Positions 37,634-50,899 of a DNA stretch of 64,000 nucleotides are shown here, piece after piece. The DNA is taken from positions 1,674,001-1,738,000 of the forward strand of contig OZ076409.1 of the NCBI GenBank assembly GCA_964187785.1. The letters are read 5' to 3'. The notes under the pieces are model-generated. The model had not been told where the DNA came from, searched no databases, and saw nothing but the letters and a program-made list of their open reading frames with translations. Position 1 is the stretch's first letter. Each line of letters opens with the position of its first letter. The position numbers and the translations under genes are program-made. This DNA is from Amphiscolops sp. MND2022. Taxonomy: Eukaryota.

Positions 37634-38886
37634 ATGGAGAATTGTAGTATTTGTAATTTGAATTATAAAAAAACCTTCAAATCCGATCATTATAAATCAG
37701 TAAAACATCTTGAAAAATTAAATCAATATTAATGTAAAAATGTAATTCATATATGCATATCTCAAATAAGTTCATTCATCTAAATTCAGATAATCATAAA
37801 AACCATCAAAATAAAGTATGGTGTGAAGATTGTAGTAAATATAAATCTGATACAACAAGACATTTCCAAAGTGAAATTCACCTAAGAAATAAACAAAATA
37901 ACCAGCCGAATCAACAAAATATCTTTAGTCTAGATACGCAAAGCGCCTTCGGTACACAAAGCGCCTCCGGTACACAAAGTGCCTCCGGTACGCAATGCGC
38001 CTTCGGTACACAAACTGCCTCCGGTACACAGCACCCTTCGGTACAATTCGATAATAATGTAGAATTAATTGTTAATGCAAATACATACATTAAACTGAAA
38101 GTAAATCCAACTGAAAATTTCGAATGTCATATAAATGATTAATTAAGTAAAAGGTACTTTTCCCGATTTAAATATCAATTGAAATGTTTAGCTAAGTTTT
38201 CAAAAACAGTTGATGGAGAAGAAGAAGTGTTTATTAGATGGGAAAAATCAGATCTAATGTATAATCACACGCAGAGCGCCTTCGGTACTAATGAGAATGT
38301 TCATAATTCCTTAGTACAGAAACTAGATGATGAACAACTAGAAGGATCAGGTTTTGTTTTTCAGTGTATTGTCGATGTTATATTAGAAATACATAAAGTT
38401 ATTGATATTCAAGCTTCTTCGTGGGTTGAGTTGCCAGAAAAATATAAGAATAACAAATCAATTGTAAATACAAAAAATATTGCTCAATTTTGTTTTCTAT
38501 GGTGTATTTTAGCTCATTTATATCCCGTTGAGGATCATAAAAATAGAACATCAAATTATTCAATGCATTTTAATGAATTCAACATAGAAGGATTAGAACT
38601 CCCTATGAAAGTTAAAGATATTCCCAAGTTTGAAAATTTGAATACGCAAAGCGCCTTTGGTATCGGACTCCGTATAAATGTATTTGAATTAAACGGAACA
38701 GTTTTAACACCAATTGATATTAATAAAATTTACTTACAACCACAAATAGATTTTCTATTAAATCAAAATCCATATTGTCTAATTACAAAGTTGCATTGTT
38801 TAATAAATAAAGACTCGCATATAAAATATGTATGTAGAAGATGTCCAACAGCATTCAGTTCAGAACCGGTTCTACTTGACCATATA
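37634..38886 (+). pseudogene. Protein-primed DNA polymerase B, N-terminal part with three zinc fingers
   Basis: CSIC..H..SVKH, CKKC..H.NSDNH, CEDC..HFQSEIH; EGSGFVF, SWVELP, CFLWCILAHLYP, CRRC; interrupted at LDHI by the BEL element. Confidence 0.85.
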
Positions 38887-39243
38887 TGTTGACAACTACT
38901 TTATTAGCGAATTAAGTTGGATTGATTTCAAGCGTTCGTAGCACAGCGGTAACGTGTATGGCCAATACGCGACCGGCGTGTGTTCGAACCCCGGTATTGA
39001 CCGACCTTTGTGAAACCGTAAAAAATGATTTTTCAAATATTAGTCGAAATTTGCTATCTCGAACTTGTTTAATAATCTTTGTAGACAACTTTATGTTCAT
39101 TTCTCAGTTTTGTTAATTTGTACAATTTAAACGTTTTGTCATTGAGACCGACAGTACATTGAGAAAGAGAGTGTTGCCTTTTTCCTATTTTTCGAATAGA
39201 AGAAACGAGATATAACTTTTGCCAAAGAATTATGTTTCTTTTA
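38887..39243 (+). repeat. BEL 5' LTR
   Basis: TGTTGACAAC start; direct repeat of 47627-47985 with many substitutions. Confidence 0.92.
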
Positions 39244-39931
39244 TGGTGTCCAGGCCAGTCATCAATTGGGCGATTAGAATTATCACCGATGGATTTGCTC
39301 TAATAGTACTGCTGTTACTGTGGGGTTCCCATTGGAAGTAACTTTCCAGGCAGTGAGGTGAAGAAACTTACACGAGAGGTTCAGCAGGCACAAAAGCGAG
39401 CATTTGCGCCCAATTTGGAAGATGTCACGTCAAGATGATGAGAAAAAAACGAGGTAGTTGAATCATATCCCCTCCCCCATAAACTAATTATTGCTGGCAA
39501 CAATCAAGTGTCCAAGCCGCCACCATCGCTGCTCATCAAGAACCCGCGAGCCTCGAAAGTTCCCCCGAAGACCTGAAGGTGTCTTCTGAAGCCCCTGGTC
39601 GTAAGTAAAGCGAAAAATAAACATGAAAACTTGAAAAACATAGGTTTTATCTGAGGTCCAATTCTCGAGATAGCAAATCCTAACTCACTTTTGACTTACA
39701 TTGCTATTTTCCAGTGGCTTTGACTTTTGATTCGGAAATATTCAAAGAATATCTCCTGGAAAAAAAATAAGCGAGAAAACTTCCAATTCGAAAAAAATTG
39801 ACTCGAAGAAGCTTCGTGGTCGAAACTTCCATATATTTTTGATCTATGTAAAAGTTTTGGTGATCAGTGTAGCTGAAAAAGTTCTAAAGTAACTGTATCT
39901 CTGATATCCTAATGTTGTGAAAAAAACACGC

Positions 39932-40508
39932 ATGGATTTCATTATAACAGCAAAATCGTTACATCATGCTTTGGAAACCTTAACCCCCGAAGAACGAAAT
40001 TGTTATAAAGAGAAAAACTATTCAATTCCGGGCCTACGTTTAAAACCACAAACAAAAAATCCTCAAAAACTGTCCAGAATCTGCTTTCTAAAGATCTGAA
40101 AGACAAAAATAACATCGTAATCTGGCATGATGTAATAAATAACAGCATTTCACGTCATAATAGTAACAATTTCAATGCTTTATCCGTGCTTGATCTGATT
40201 GAAGATTTGAAAGGCCTTCAGGACAAACTCAGTTCTCTGGTTTACTGCCACTGTTTTCGAACACTTTCCATTTTTGTTGATTTGAATGTTTTAGAAACCG
40301 AATATAACATCGAAGTATTCAATGTTGTTAAAGATTTTATTTCTTCAAAAAGCAGAAAAGTCCCAAGTTACTGAAAAAGTTTAAAGCATTACACCAGAGT
40401 CCCGAGCTTGAACTGAAAAACCTGGACTTTCTTTTCGGTAAAGAGCATGAATTATCTTCTATAAAAGACAAAAGCCGTCCGAAGAGGCCCAGCAAGGGTG
40501 CCCCGTTA
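39932..40508 (+). pseudogene. Extra ORF upstream of BEL gag, SGNH-hydrolase-like
   Basis: ~190 aa over two frameshifts: FIITAKSLHH, YSIPGL, IVIWHDVINNSI, ALHQS, spaced like SGNH blocks I, II, III and V; assignment is an inference. Confidence 0.45.
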
Positions 40509-40991
40509 GCCTCTTAGTCTCAGTGAACCCCCTTTACCACTCTTCGTCGCTCTTGTGGAGACGGTGTCCAAACTTCTTTGTTTGGTTGAACTTTTTACAA
40601 GCCGTTCGGAGTCCATACTGTCAAAGTAGTGTCCAGACTTGATTGTTTGGTTTAAACTATGGCAGTATTGACCACGTAAGCCCTCTTCCTTCTGAGACCG
40701 CGTTTTTAACGCACTTTTGAGTTCTTTGTCTGCCGTCCCCGAGTCTAACGCTACGTTTAACTTTAAACAAAAACAATAAACGCGCATCCTGCAGAAGCAT
40801 CGTAACGTTAAAGCAGAGCACTGTTCTAATTGTCGTTAAACACTCTTTCTGGACTGTGTCCGAACTTTATTGTTCGATTGACATCCAGTAAAGACTAACT
40901 TAGCCTCAACTTTCCTGAAATCAACAGAACAGCACCAAAACTGAAACCCACAACTCTCTCATCATTAGGCTTTTGTCCAGAACTGTTCTCA

Positions 40992-43900
40992 ATGGCTGAC
41001 CCTATACCAGAAAAGATCCAGAAACTGTTCGATGGTCGTCTAAAGGCTTAAACAAAATTGAAAAAAGTTGAAAACGAGATCACTGACGCCGTGAACAACT
41101 CCGATCATTGTGTCCTCGTGGAAGGGTTAGTGACGTATTGAGATGAATTAATGACCAAAGCACTTTCGAAAAATGAACACCTTTTGGAACTTGCGAAAAA
41201 ATCCAACGACCCGGCGTCAACATCTGCCGACCTGGAGAAGTGGTTACATGAGACAACTGTGAACAATAACGAAATTCTGAAAAGGGCTAGAGAATACATC
41301 GACGAACAACCTCAGTCAGAAAAACTATCACAATACTCTCAAAAAACCGCCACTGTCAGGACTAAATCCAGCAAAACATCCAGCTCTAAGTTGTCAAAGA
41401 CGTCGAGTCAGCGGCAACCTGACCTGATCATTGCCCAACAACGTCAAGAGGAGATCGAAAAACAGAATGAAGCATCTTCTCTACGTTTGGCGAAACAGAA
41501 ACAAGAGCTAGAGCTTAAATGACAGGAAATAGAAGGTAAAAAAATGAGAGAAGAACAAGAACGACTCCGAAAACATCAGGAACGACTTCGCAAAGAACAA
41601 GAGTTGAGAGTACTGGAACTAGAAGAAGAAAACAGAAAGCGACTTGCTGAAGCTACTTTGGCAGAATTGGAGCTCCAAGAGGACCTGTCAGACCTCCACG
41701 TTGACTTCACGACACGTTGTCACGATTAAGTGCCGCAAGTCACAGGGCGGAGACAGAGCGAATCAACGAGTGGATTAACAATTCACCAAATGTATTCGAA
41801 AAGAACATTCAGTCTACCAGCGAAGCCCCAGTAACTTCAGCTCCAAATGAAACACTAAATACCTACACCCTAGTTCCTCCCCCGCAAACTGTAGAGAACC
41901 AAGCGATCGCGGAGGCAGTCATGACAACAACCGGAGCTACAGGTGGCCTGATACCAACTGCTAGTGTTCCACAGACACTTCCAAGTACTCTACCCGTACC
42001 AATTGCCCTGCACGTCGCACCTCCAATTAGTTCTCCGGCCGAAGTTTCTGCGGTTTCGGTACCTTCTCTCACCGTACCCAAGATGAGTTCAACTACATCA
42101 ACCCAAGTCATTAACACTCCGAACCAGGCAACCCCGCTGCAACCGTCCGTACTTTTCAACCTCACAACGTCAGTACCTGTCAGCTACATGCTTCCTAACG
42201 TGTCCGCATGGACATTTCCCACAGTAACCACCAACGCTCCCACGCAACTAAGAACACCTTTACAAACGAGCCAACCGACGATTACCGCCACAACGACAAC
42301 ATCAGTTGGAAGAACCCCAGTACCCACGATGCCCGTAATTCCTGTAACTCATGGAGGGACAGTCTTCTACGTACCACCGTCAGCGGTTACAGTTCCGACC
42401 TCAATTCCTACAAATGTTCAGCCGTCGTCATCATTCCCTTGTGCAACTGCAGCACCATCTATACCATCAGGATCGAGTGCGATACTGCAACCAAGCCCTA
42501 CACACTTCAGTCTACAAGATGTTGCGCAACTACTAGCATCAACAAAGAAAGACCACCTACCAGAGTGGCACGAATGGTTCGGACAATTCAAGAGCGCCAT
42601 TGACTCGGCCCAACTGTCAGATGATGTCAAGCTGACTTATCTGAAAACTCTGGTAACTGGAAAGGCCCGAGTAGCATTAGCAGAATTCGCCTACTGCTGA
42701 GCTATGTACAAGGACGCCCTCAAGACTCCTGAGCGGAAGTTCGGCCAACCACAGGCGGTAGTGACAGCTTTCGTGGACAAACTAGATAACGTTCCTCATG
42801 TGAAGATGCATAACAGCGAAAGCATCATAAGCTACTCCGCAAGCGTTAGCTCATTGGTTAGGGTATTCCGTTCGCTTAATTATGTCCAAGACTTGTCTAG
42901 CGCATTCCTACTGGGTCAAGCAGTGCAGAAGCTTCCGCCGAATATGGAAGAAGCATGGTCAATGCATTCCGTGAAGCGCAGCCTAGACAGACCGACCTTG
43001 ATTGATTTCAATGATTGGCTGAAGGATAAAGCTGAAGCCCACGAACCTATGGAGACGGCTGCAGGCAAAGTCAAAATCGACGAAAACGTTTCTAACATCG
43101 CAACGAAGACAACGACAACTACCAAAGTTTTTGCTGCAACGACCTCAACGAACCGAGCGAATGCCCAAGTGAAATCGAAACCCAGAAACATGCCGCCAAA
43201 TTGTGTGGCTTGCAAAGAGAAACACCCTCTGTGGAGATGCCCCGTGTTCAGAAACAAAACACCCACAGAGAGAGCAAAACTAGTTGCCGACCACAAGCTT
43301 TAATTCTCTTGTTTTTGAGCTAATCATTCGTTCAGACAGTGCCCCAGATCCGCAAATGCTCTAAAGAAGGTTGTGAAAGCTCCCACAACACAATTCTTCA
43401 CGGTGCCGAATCAATGTTTAAGAAAAATCTCGAAACACCGAATAGAAAAAACCCCAAAACTTCGACTTGTATTGGAACGACAAATATGAACAACCACGTT
43501 GCAGAGAGCTCAGGCATGCCTTCAGTTGTAGATGTTAAAGGACTCCTGCAAATAACCGAAGTAGACTTACACTCCAACGACCAGTCAGAAAGGGTCTTAG
43601 CACTCTGTGATTCAGCCTGCAGCCACTCTTGTGTTTCATCAAGGCTAGCTGACAAACTGAATGCAAAGGACACACCGTTGAAGTTGACAGTACATGGTAT
43701 CAACTGCCATCAAGTTGTAAACACTCAAACGGTGGAGCTAAAGATGACGCCCTGTTCAATCGGGTGGCTCTTGCTCCTCCTTTGCAATCAAATTATATGT
43801 GAGAGACTATCTTCAAGTTGGAACCGATGTTATAGACGTAGAATCACTGGAAACAATGTACTCCTATTTAGAACCAATCAATTCCTTTGAAGAAGTACAG

Positions 43901-46900
43901 CTATGCTGATGTTGACACGATCCTGGGTCAGGGCGTGTTCCACTTTTCCCGCCCACTGGAGTGTTTCGACTCCGACCGTAAAAATACTCCAGTCGGCGTC
44001 CGTTTATCGTTGGGCTGGGTATTTAGTGGACCGCTGCCGTCGACCTCAGGGTTGTTCTGAACCTGTTTCAAAGCTGTAACAACAAACAAAAACACGGGTT
44101 CTGAACTAGCCGAACAACTCCGCAGCTGGTATGACATAGAATCATACGGAGCTTTTAAGTAAGTAGACTACCGTTCCGCAACCGATGCGAGGGCGGAGAA
44201 AATACTTGAGGCAACCACATACCATGACGGGTCCCGATATCAAGTTGGTATGTTGTGGGCAGAAGACGAAAGTTATTTGCCGAATAATTACTTTTCAGCC
44301 CTTGTTCAACTGAAGTCGTCTTGGGAAAGACGCGGAGGTGAAAGAACGTTACACTCAGACCATCAGAGGTGATTTTTCGAAAGGATACATTGTTGAAGTG
44401 AACAAATTGGACTGTTTCAAGATGAATAATGCTCGTGAGTGGTATTTACCGCACCACCCAGTAGCCCATCCATACAAACCGGGTAAAGTTCGAAGTGTGT
44501 TGAACGGCGCTGCCAAGTTTCAGGGCCAGTCCCTTGATAACGCACTTTTGACTGGACCGGACTTACTACAAAGCCTTATCCATATCCTATTCCGATTTCG
44601 ACAAAATCCACATGCCGTGTCCGCCGACATTGAGGGAATGTTCCTTCAAGTTGAAGTTATTCCAGAAGACAGACCGTCACTTCGATTCTTGTGGCGTGAA
44701 GACCCAGCCTCCGAAATAGCTGTTTACCAATATGTTCGACAGATATTCGGGTCTAAAGACTCGCCAACATGTGCGAACTACGCCTTGAGGCGGACAACAA
44801 CAGACAACAAAGCAACGGTTCCCAAAGCCGCCAGAAGTGTCCTAAGTAACATTTACATGGACGACTACCTGGAATCGAGTTTAACTGTTGACGAGGCGAC
44901 CCGGAAAGCCAAAGATCTGGTGACATTACTTTCGCTCGGAGGTTTCAAGTTAACAAAGTTTGTTTCAAACGTTCCGTCGATCCCAGCAAAGCTCGAACCC
45001 GGCTCCAACGCGCCAACAGAGGTAAAAGAACATTCAAATACCGAAGGTTCTTCACACGTGTTAGGACTGAAGAGGAACCTTTCCACCGACACCCTAGTTA
45101 TCAGCTGAGGAACGAAACCCAATGTGAAGCCGACCGTAACCCATAGGGTTGTACTAAGTTTGGTATCCGCACAGTACGACCCCAATGGTCTTGTCGCCCC
45201 TTACACGGTAAAGGCTCGACAACTGCTCAAGGACATCTGGCGATTGAATAGACAGCAATGGGATGACGAGCTCCAACGGATCTTGTCACAATGTTCCTCG
45301 AGTGGAGTAAAGATCTTCCAACCCTGAGTGACATCACAATTCGTCGAGCGTATTTCGTTGGAGAGACTGAAGCACTGGAGTTACATTTGTTCGGAGACAG
45401 CTCACAGGAGGTGTTCAACGCGGTAGCGTTTCTCCGAGCAAAAGTCACAGCCAAAGAGAGAGCGTCAACAACGGAATTAGCCTTTGTCTTTGGAAAAACC
45501 AGAGTAGCACCCATGAAAGCCTTGACAATTCCGAAGCTTGAACTTCAAGCCTCATTACTCGCCTCAAGGCAAAGAGAGGAAGCTCTACGTGCACCTATTG
45601 TGAAAATAGACAAAGTTTTCATGTGGACAGATAGCACCACGGTTCTACAATGGATTCACTCAATGAAAAAGCAACCAGTCTTCGTAGCGAACCGCGTTGC
45701 GGAGATACTAGAGCTCACAACAACCGACGAGTGGAACTACGTTCAATCTTGTGATAATCCCGCTGATGCAGGCACTCGAGGACTCTCAGCGACGGCATTA
45801 CCAAACAGCATCTGGCTGTAAGGACCAGATTTCTTGAAAACATCTGATTGGCCTTTTAGGCTCTTAGGCCGTCGGAACGCACGTCGTTCAAAGTTAAACA
45901 ACGTAATGACACTTCTAGTGAAGAAAAGCCATCCTTTGGATACGCGACCGTTCTCAACGCCAATGCTGACATTAACACATCAACTTTCGAGTGGCAGAAG
46001 TACAGCTCTTACGAGAAACTCCTGCGTGTTGCCGCCTACGTGTTGCATCTTGCGTCTTCTACCAAAGAACGAGGCTTTCCGCTCGATTACAGGTGCCATT
46101 ACCGACCCGAGTGAACTCGAAAATGCCCAAATGAAATTATTCTATATTACGCAATCCGAATCTTTTCCCACAGAGACAAGGAACTTACGGAAAAATTCCC
46201 CCTTCAGTAGTTCCTCAAAAATCCCCTTTCACCGGACCACAAGGATCACTTCGGGCAACAGGTAGAACAAAGAAACTCGATGTTTCAAGTTTTGACGCCA
46301 AACCTCCAGTTTTACTCGATAGTCATCATCCAGTCACACGCTTGTTCCTCGAAAACTTACACCAGATCCATTGCCATCAGGGCGTGGACTACTTGAGGGC
46401 GTTGGTGCAGCAACAGTTCGCCATCGTCAAGCTTAGAACCGCTGTGAGAACAATTGTTATGCGATGTGTAACTTGTCGTAAACGTCGGGCTGAGATCCTC
46501 AGTCCGATGATGGCTTACCTACCGCGAGGAAGACCAGCCTTTAAGGAGCCCCCCTTCTCTAATACTGGCGTTGACTACTTTGGTCCGTTCTACGTTTCCG
46601 TTAGGAGGTCGACAGAAAAACGATGGGGATTCCTTTTTACTTGCCTGACTACGAGAGCTGTCCATTTCGAAGTCGTGCCGTCAATGGACACTTGCAGCTG
46701 TATAATGGGAATAGAAAAGTTCAACGCCCATCGGGGTATCCCAACGGAACAAATTTCATTGCCAGTGACAAAGAACTCCTCCAGAACATTTCAAACTGGA
46801 ACCAGCATATTTTGACCGAGGCCCTCGTCAAGGAACGTATCTCGTGGACGTTTGACACACCTAGTGCACCACACTATGATGGTGTTTGGGAACGCGTCGT

Positions 46901-47436
46901 AAGGAGTTTCAAAAACGTTTTTTACGCTGTTCTTGGAGACCGACGCTTATTCGACGAGATCCTGATAACAACATTTTGCCTTGTTGAGCAAAGCTTGATT
47001 GCACGACCACTGGTACCAGCCAGCTCTGATGCTACCAATTTGGATGCTCTGACCCCAAATCATTTCTTGTTGGGAACTGCGTGTTCCGTTTTACCGTCGC
47101 ATCAGCGAAATAGACCATCGCAAGCGCTACGTACATACACAAGCTTATTCTGATGCTATCTGGAATCGATGGTTGAAAGAATACGTGCCCTCAGTTAACA
47201 AGCGTTCTAAGTGACCAAGTCAACCAAAAAGACAACTTAAAACCTTAAACCTAGTCTGGATAAGCGAACCGTCGAGTCCAAGAGGACATTATCCACTAGC
47301 TCGCGTGACAAAGTTGAACTTCGGCAGAGATGCCATTGCACGTTCTGCCGAACTGAAGACCAACACCGGACGTATTGTTCGCCCCGTCGTACAGCCGTCC
47401 CCAGTCCTTCCCCTTCCCGAAGCCGAACCCTTTTAG
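40992..47436 (+). pseudogene. BEL/Pao gag-pol (gag Cys-His knuckles, protease, RT, RNase H, integrase)
   Basis: EWFGQFKSAID..KLTYLKTL, CVACKEKHPLWRC, LCDSAC, WYLPHHPV, ADIEGMF, YMDD, LHLFGDSS, TIPKLEL, NPAD, GVDYFGP, LTPNHFL; multiple stops and frameshifts. Confidence 0.95.
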
Positions 47437-47626
47437 TTGTATCACCGGATACTTAACTCCGATGTCATGAAACAAAATTATTCTCAAAAGTAGTATGAGC
47501 CATGTATATACTTGTTTGTTTCTCAACATGTAAACATAAAACCCATGTGATGCGTTCTCATGATACCGAAACAATTTTTACCTGTTTTGGCAAAAAAAGT
47601 GTTCACATCTTCTTGGGCCCGGAGGA

Positions 47627-47985
47627 TGTTGACAACTAATTTATTATCAAAATAAATTGGATTGATTTCAAGCGTCCGTAGCACTGCGGTAACGTGTATG
47701 GACGATACTCCACCGGCGTGGGTTCGAACGCCGGTATTGACCGACCTTTGTGAAACCGTAAAATAGGTAAAAATTGAAATATTAGTCGAAAGTTGCTATC
47801 TCGAAAATAATTAATAATATTTGTAAACAACTCTATGTTCATTTCTCAGTTTTGTATATTTGTACAAATTAAACGCCTTGTCATTGAGACCGATAATACA
47901 TTGAGAAATAGAGTATTGCCTTTTTCCTATTTTTCAAATAGAAGAAACGAGATATAACTTTCGCCAGAGAATTATAATTCTTTCA
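47627..47985 (+). repeat. BEL 3' LTR
   Basis: TG...CA ends, follows the PPT. Confidence 0.93.
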
Positions 47986-47990
47986 ATATA

Positions 47991-50636
47991 GATCGTTGTC
48001 AAAAACAAAAACCAACTATAATCACATTCAGTTGGAGCATCCCTTAAAGTTCGAAGATTATCAAATGAACGTTCCTGTACCAATAGGAGTATATGCTGAT
48101 TTTGAATGCATTATTCAACCCACTCAAAACCCTCAAAACCCTCAAAATGACCCGAAAGTATTATTTAAACAAATTCCAATTGCAGTAGGATTTTATCTAA
48201 TTTCACCATTTGGAAATCAATAATACTCATACTTTGGAGTAGATTGTGTAACATGGTTTGTAAATGAAATGCTATTTCTAGACAAAATTTCTAGTAACTA
48301 TTTTAAAAGAAATATAGAATTAGAAATAACTCCTCAAGAAGAAGAATCATTTCAACAACCCACCATATGTTGGCTCTGTTAAGAACCAGTAATAGACAAA
48401 GTAAGAGGTCATGATCATCTGACAGGAAAATACAGAGGAGCAGCTCATAATATATGTAATATAAATTGTAAACAAAAGTCATCAAAGTTTGTTCCCATAT
48501 TTTCCCAAAACTTTTCTGGGTAAGATTGTTATATCATAATTGAAGAACCCTTAACACAAGTTTACAAAATGTGTTATGAACCAAAAATAATTCCAAAGTC
48601 AATGGAAAATTACGTATCAATTCAAGTAGGTTGTTTAAGGTTTTTAGACTTATATCGTTTTCTAAGTACTGGTTTCAGTAAATTAGTTGAGAGTATGAAC
48701 AGTTTCCCACTAATGGATTCCAACAATTTTTAAGATGAATTTTTTAAAAAGAAATTGGCTTATCCTTATGAATACTTAGCGCATAGTAGTTTCCAAGAAT
48801 CAATAAATATAACAAAAGAAGACTTCTGGTCAACACTAAAACAAACAACTCCAACAGATAAAGAAATTAACAGAACACAAGAAATTATAAAATAGTTTAA
48901 CGTAAAAAGGGACAAAAATTAACTACGTTCTATTTCCAAATGGATGTTTTACAATTAGCAGATGTATTCGAAAACTTTGTGGAAAGTTCTACACGAAAAT
49001 ATAATGTTAATCCTTGGTATAGTTACTCTCTATCTGGGTATACATGGAAAGCTGGTTCGAAGTTGACTAATATTAAATTAGATTATATAAAAGATAAAGA
49101 ATTCTTATTACTACTTGAAAATAATATCCGTGGAGAAATTCCAAGTGTAATGGGTGATCGCTACGTGGAATGCGCCTCCGGCATTCAATCAGATGAAAAT
49201 ACAAAACTTTCATACATTGATGCAAATTATCTATATGGATGGGCAATGAGTCAACCTCTTCCTACTGGCGAATTCGGAAAACTATATTTTTTAGAAGAGT
49301 ATGAACTAGAACAAATAGTAGAAGGTTTGAGATTTATTACAGATGATAATGAATATGACTACTTTATAGAATGTGATTTAGAATATCCAGCTGAATTTAA
49401 AGAAAAAACCGAAAACTTTTCACTTTGTCCTTATCAAACAAAAGCAGATCCTAGTCTTTTCTCAGAATATATGAATAGTGTGAAACAACCCAATTACAAA
49501 CCAACTTAGAAGCTAATATGTGACCTAACAAACAAACGAAACTATATGATACACTACAGGGTGTTCAAGTTTTACACTAAAATGGGGATGAAAGTTACGA
49601 AGATACGTACGATTTACAGATTCAAACAATCATCATGGTTGGGTAAATATAATGATCATAATACTCAGAAAAAAACAACAAACTTTGAAAAGGATCTTTG
49701 TAAATTAATGAACAATGCTTTCTCTGGTAAGACGATGGAAATGTAAAAGAAAGAACAAGTATAGAGATTATCCCTCATTCTAAATGTGATCAAATAATAA
49801 AAAGACAATAGAAGTTAAGCTTCAAAGGAGTATCACAACATTATAACGATTTTAGCTTATACAAATATGACAAAGAAAAGATAAAATTTGATAAACCATT
49901 TTACTTGGTTTTCTCTGTTTTAGAACTTAGTAAATTGTTAATGTATGAGTTTTATTATCACAAATTACAACCATGCTACAATTTTAATGTTAAACTGCAT
50001 TATATGGATACAGAACTTTTTATCTTATCAATGAAAACTACAAACTTTTCAAAGGAAATGAAATATTTCAAAGATGATTTGGATTTTAGTGAACTGAATA
50101 AACCCATGGGTTATACGATATAACAAAGAAAAAAGTTATAGGTAAAATGAAAATAGAAACATCACCAATTATTGAATTAGACAACTTCGTAGCTTTGAGA
50201 TCTAAATCATATTCTTTTAGTTATAAAGAAATGCAAAGCACAAATCCAAATTTAAAACAAAAAGGAATACAACATACACCAATCCTCAACCAATTTATAA
50301 ATTCATTATTTGATTCTCAAACACCAACTGCAACTAATTATTCTATCCGTTCAAATGCTCACTAAAAACTGTTCAGAAGCAAGATAAGCTAACTTTGAAT
50401 CCTTTTGATGATAAAAGAGTTTACGTAAATCCAATACAAAGATTATCATGGGATAAACACACCCAGAAAAGTGATTGATCTTGTATATTTGTTTGAAATT
50501 AAGTGGTTTGTATTATAAAGAACTGAGTGATGGATTGAGTCATGAAGAAATTTGTTTATGTGTTTGGTATTTAAAAGAAAAACTAAGTCATTAACAGCTT
50601 TTAAATCTGATAAGTGATCGAGCTCATCTTTTATAA
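47991..50636 (+). pseudogene. pPolB C-terminal part: exonuclease, endonuclease VII-like insert and polymerase
   Basis: VYADFEC, CWLC...HDHLTGKYRGAAHNICN, YPYEY, YIDANYLYGWAM, KLMNNAF.GK, YMDT, GKMKIE, DDKR; many disablements; frame resumes DRCQKQKPT after the TSD. Confidence 0.92.
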
Positions 50637-50638
50637 TT

Positions 50639-50838
50639 NNNNNNNNNNNNNNNNNNNNNNNNNNNNNNNNNNNNNNNNNNNNNNNNNNNNNNNNNNNNNN
50701 NNNNNNNNNNNNNNNNNNNNNNNNNNNNNNNNNNNNNNNNNNNNNNNNNNNNNNNNNNNNNNNNNNNNNNNNNNNNNNNNNNNNNNNNNNNNNNNNNNNN
50801 NNNNNNNNNNNNNNNNNNNNNNNNNNNNNNNNNNNNNN
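50639..50838. other. Assembly gap (200 N)
   Basis: Run of N. Confidence 1.
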
Positions 50839-50899
50839 AAAACAGAAAAAAATTAAAAAAAGTACAATGTAGGGGTTGTTTTCATATTTGGCCGGATCA

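Larger units (their letters stand above)
38887..47985 (+). mobile_element. Full-length degenerate BEL/Pao LTR retrotransposon
   Basis: Two LTRs, 5-bp TSD ATATA (38882-38886, 47986-47990), PBS TGGTGTCC at 39244, PPT GGGCCCGGAGGA before 47627. Confidence 0.95.
36278..50638 (+). mobile_element. Polinton/Maverick (adintovirus-like) element, left part; right part lost at the gap
   Basis: Begins AGTAGT exactly where homology to the uninterrupted copy (56439) breaks; followed by a pPolB gene. Confidence 0.72.

Noticed and set aside
50614..50856. ORF across the N run
   Set aside because: Artefact of the assembly gap.
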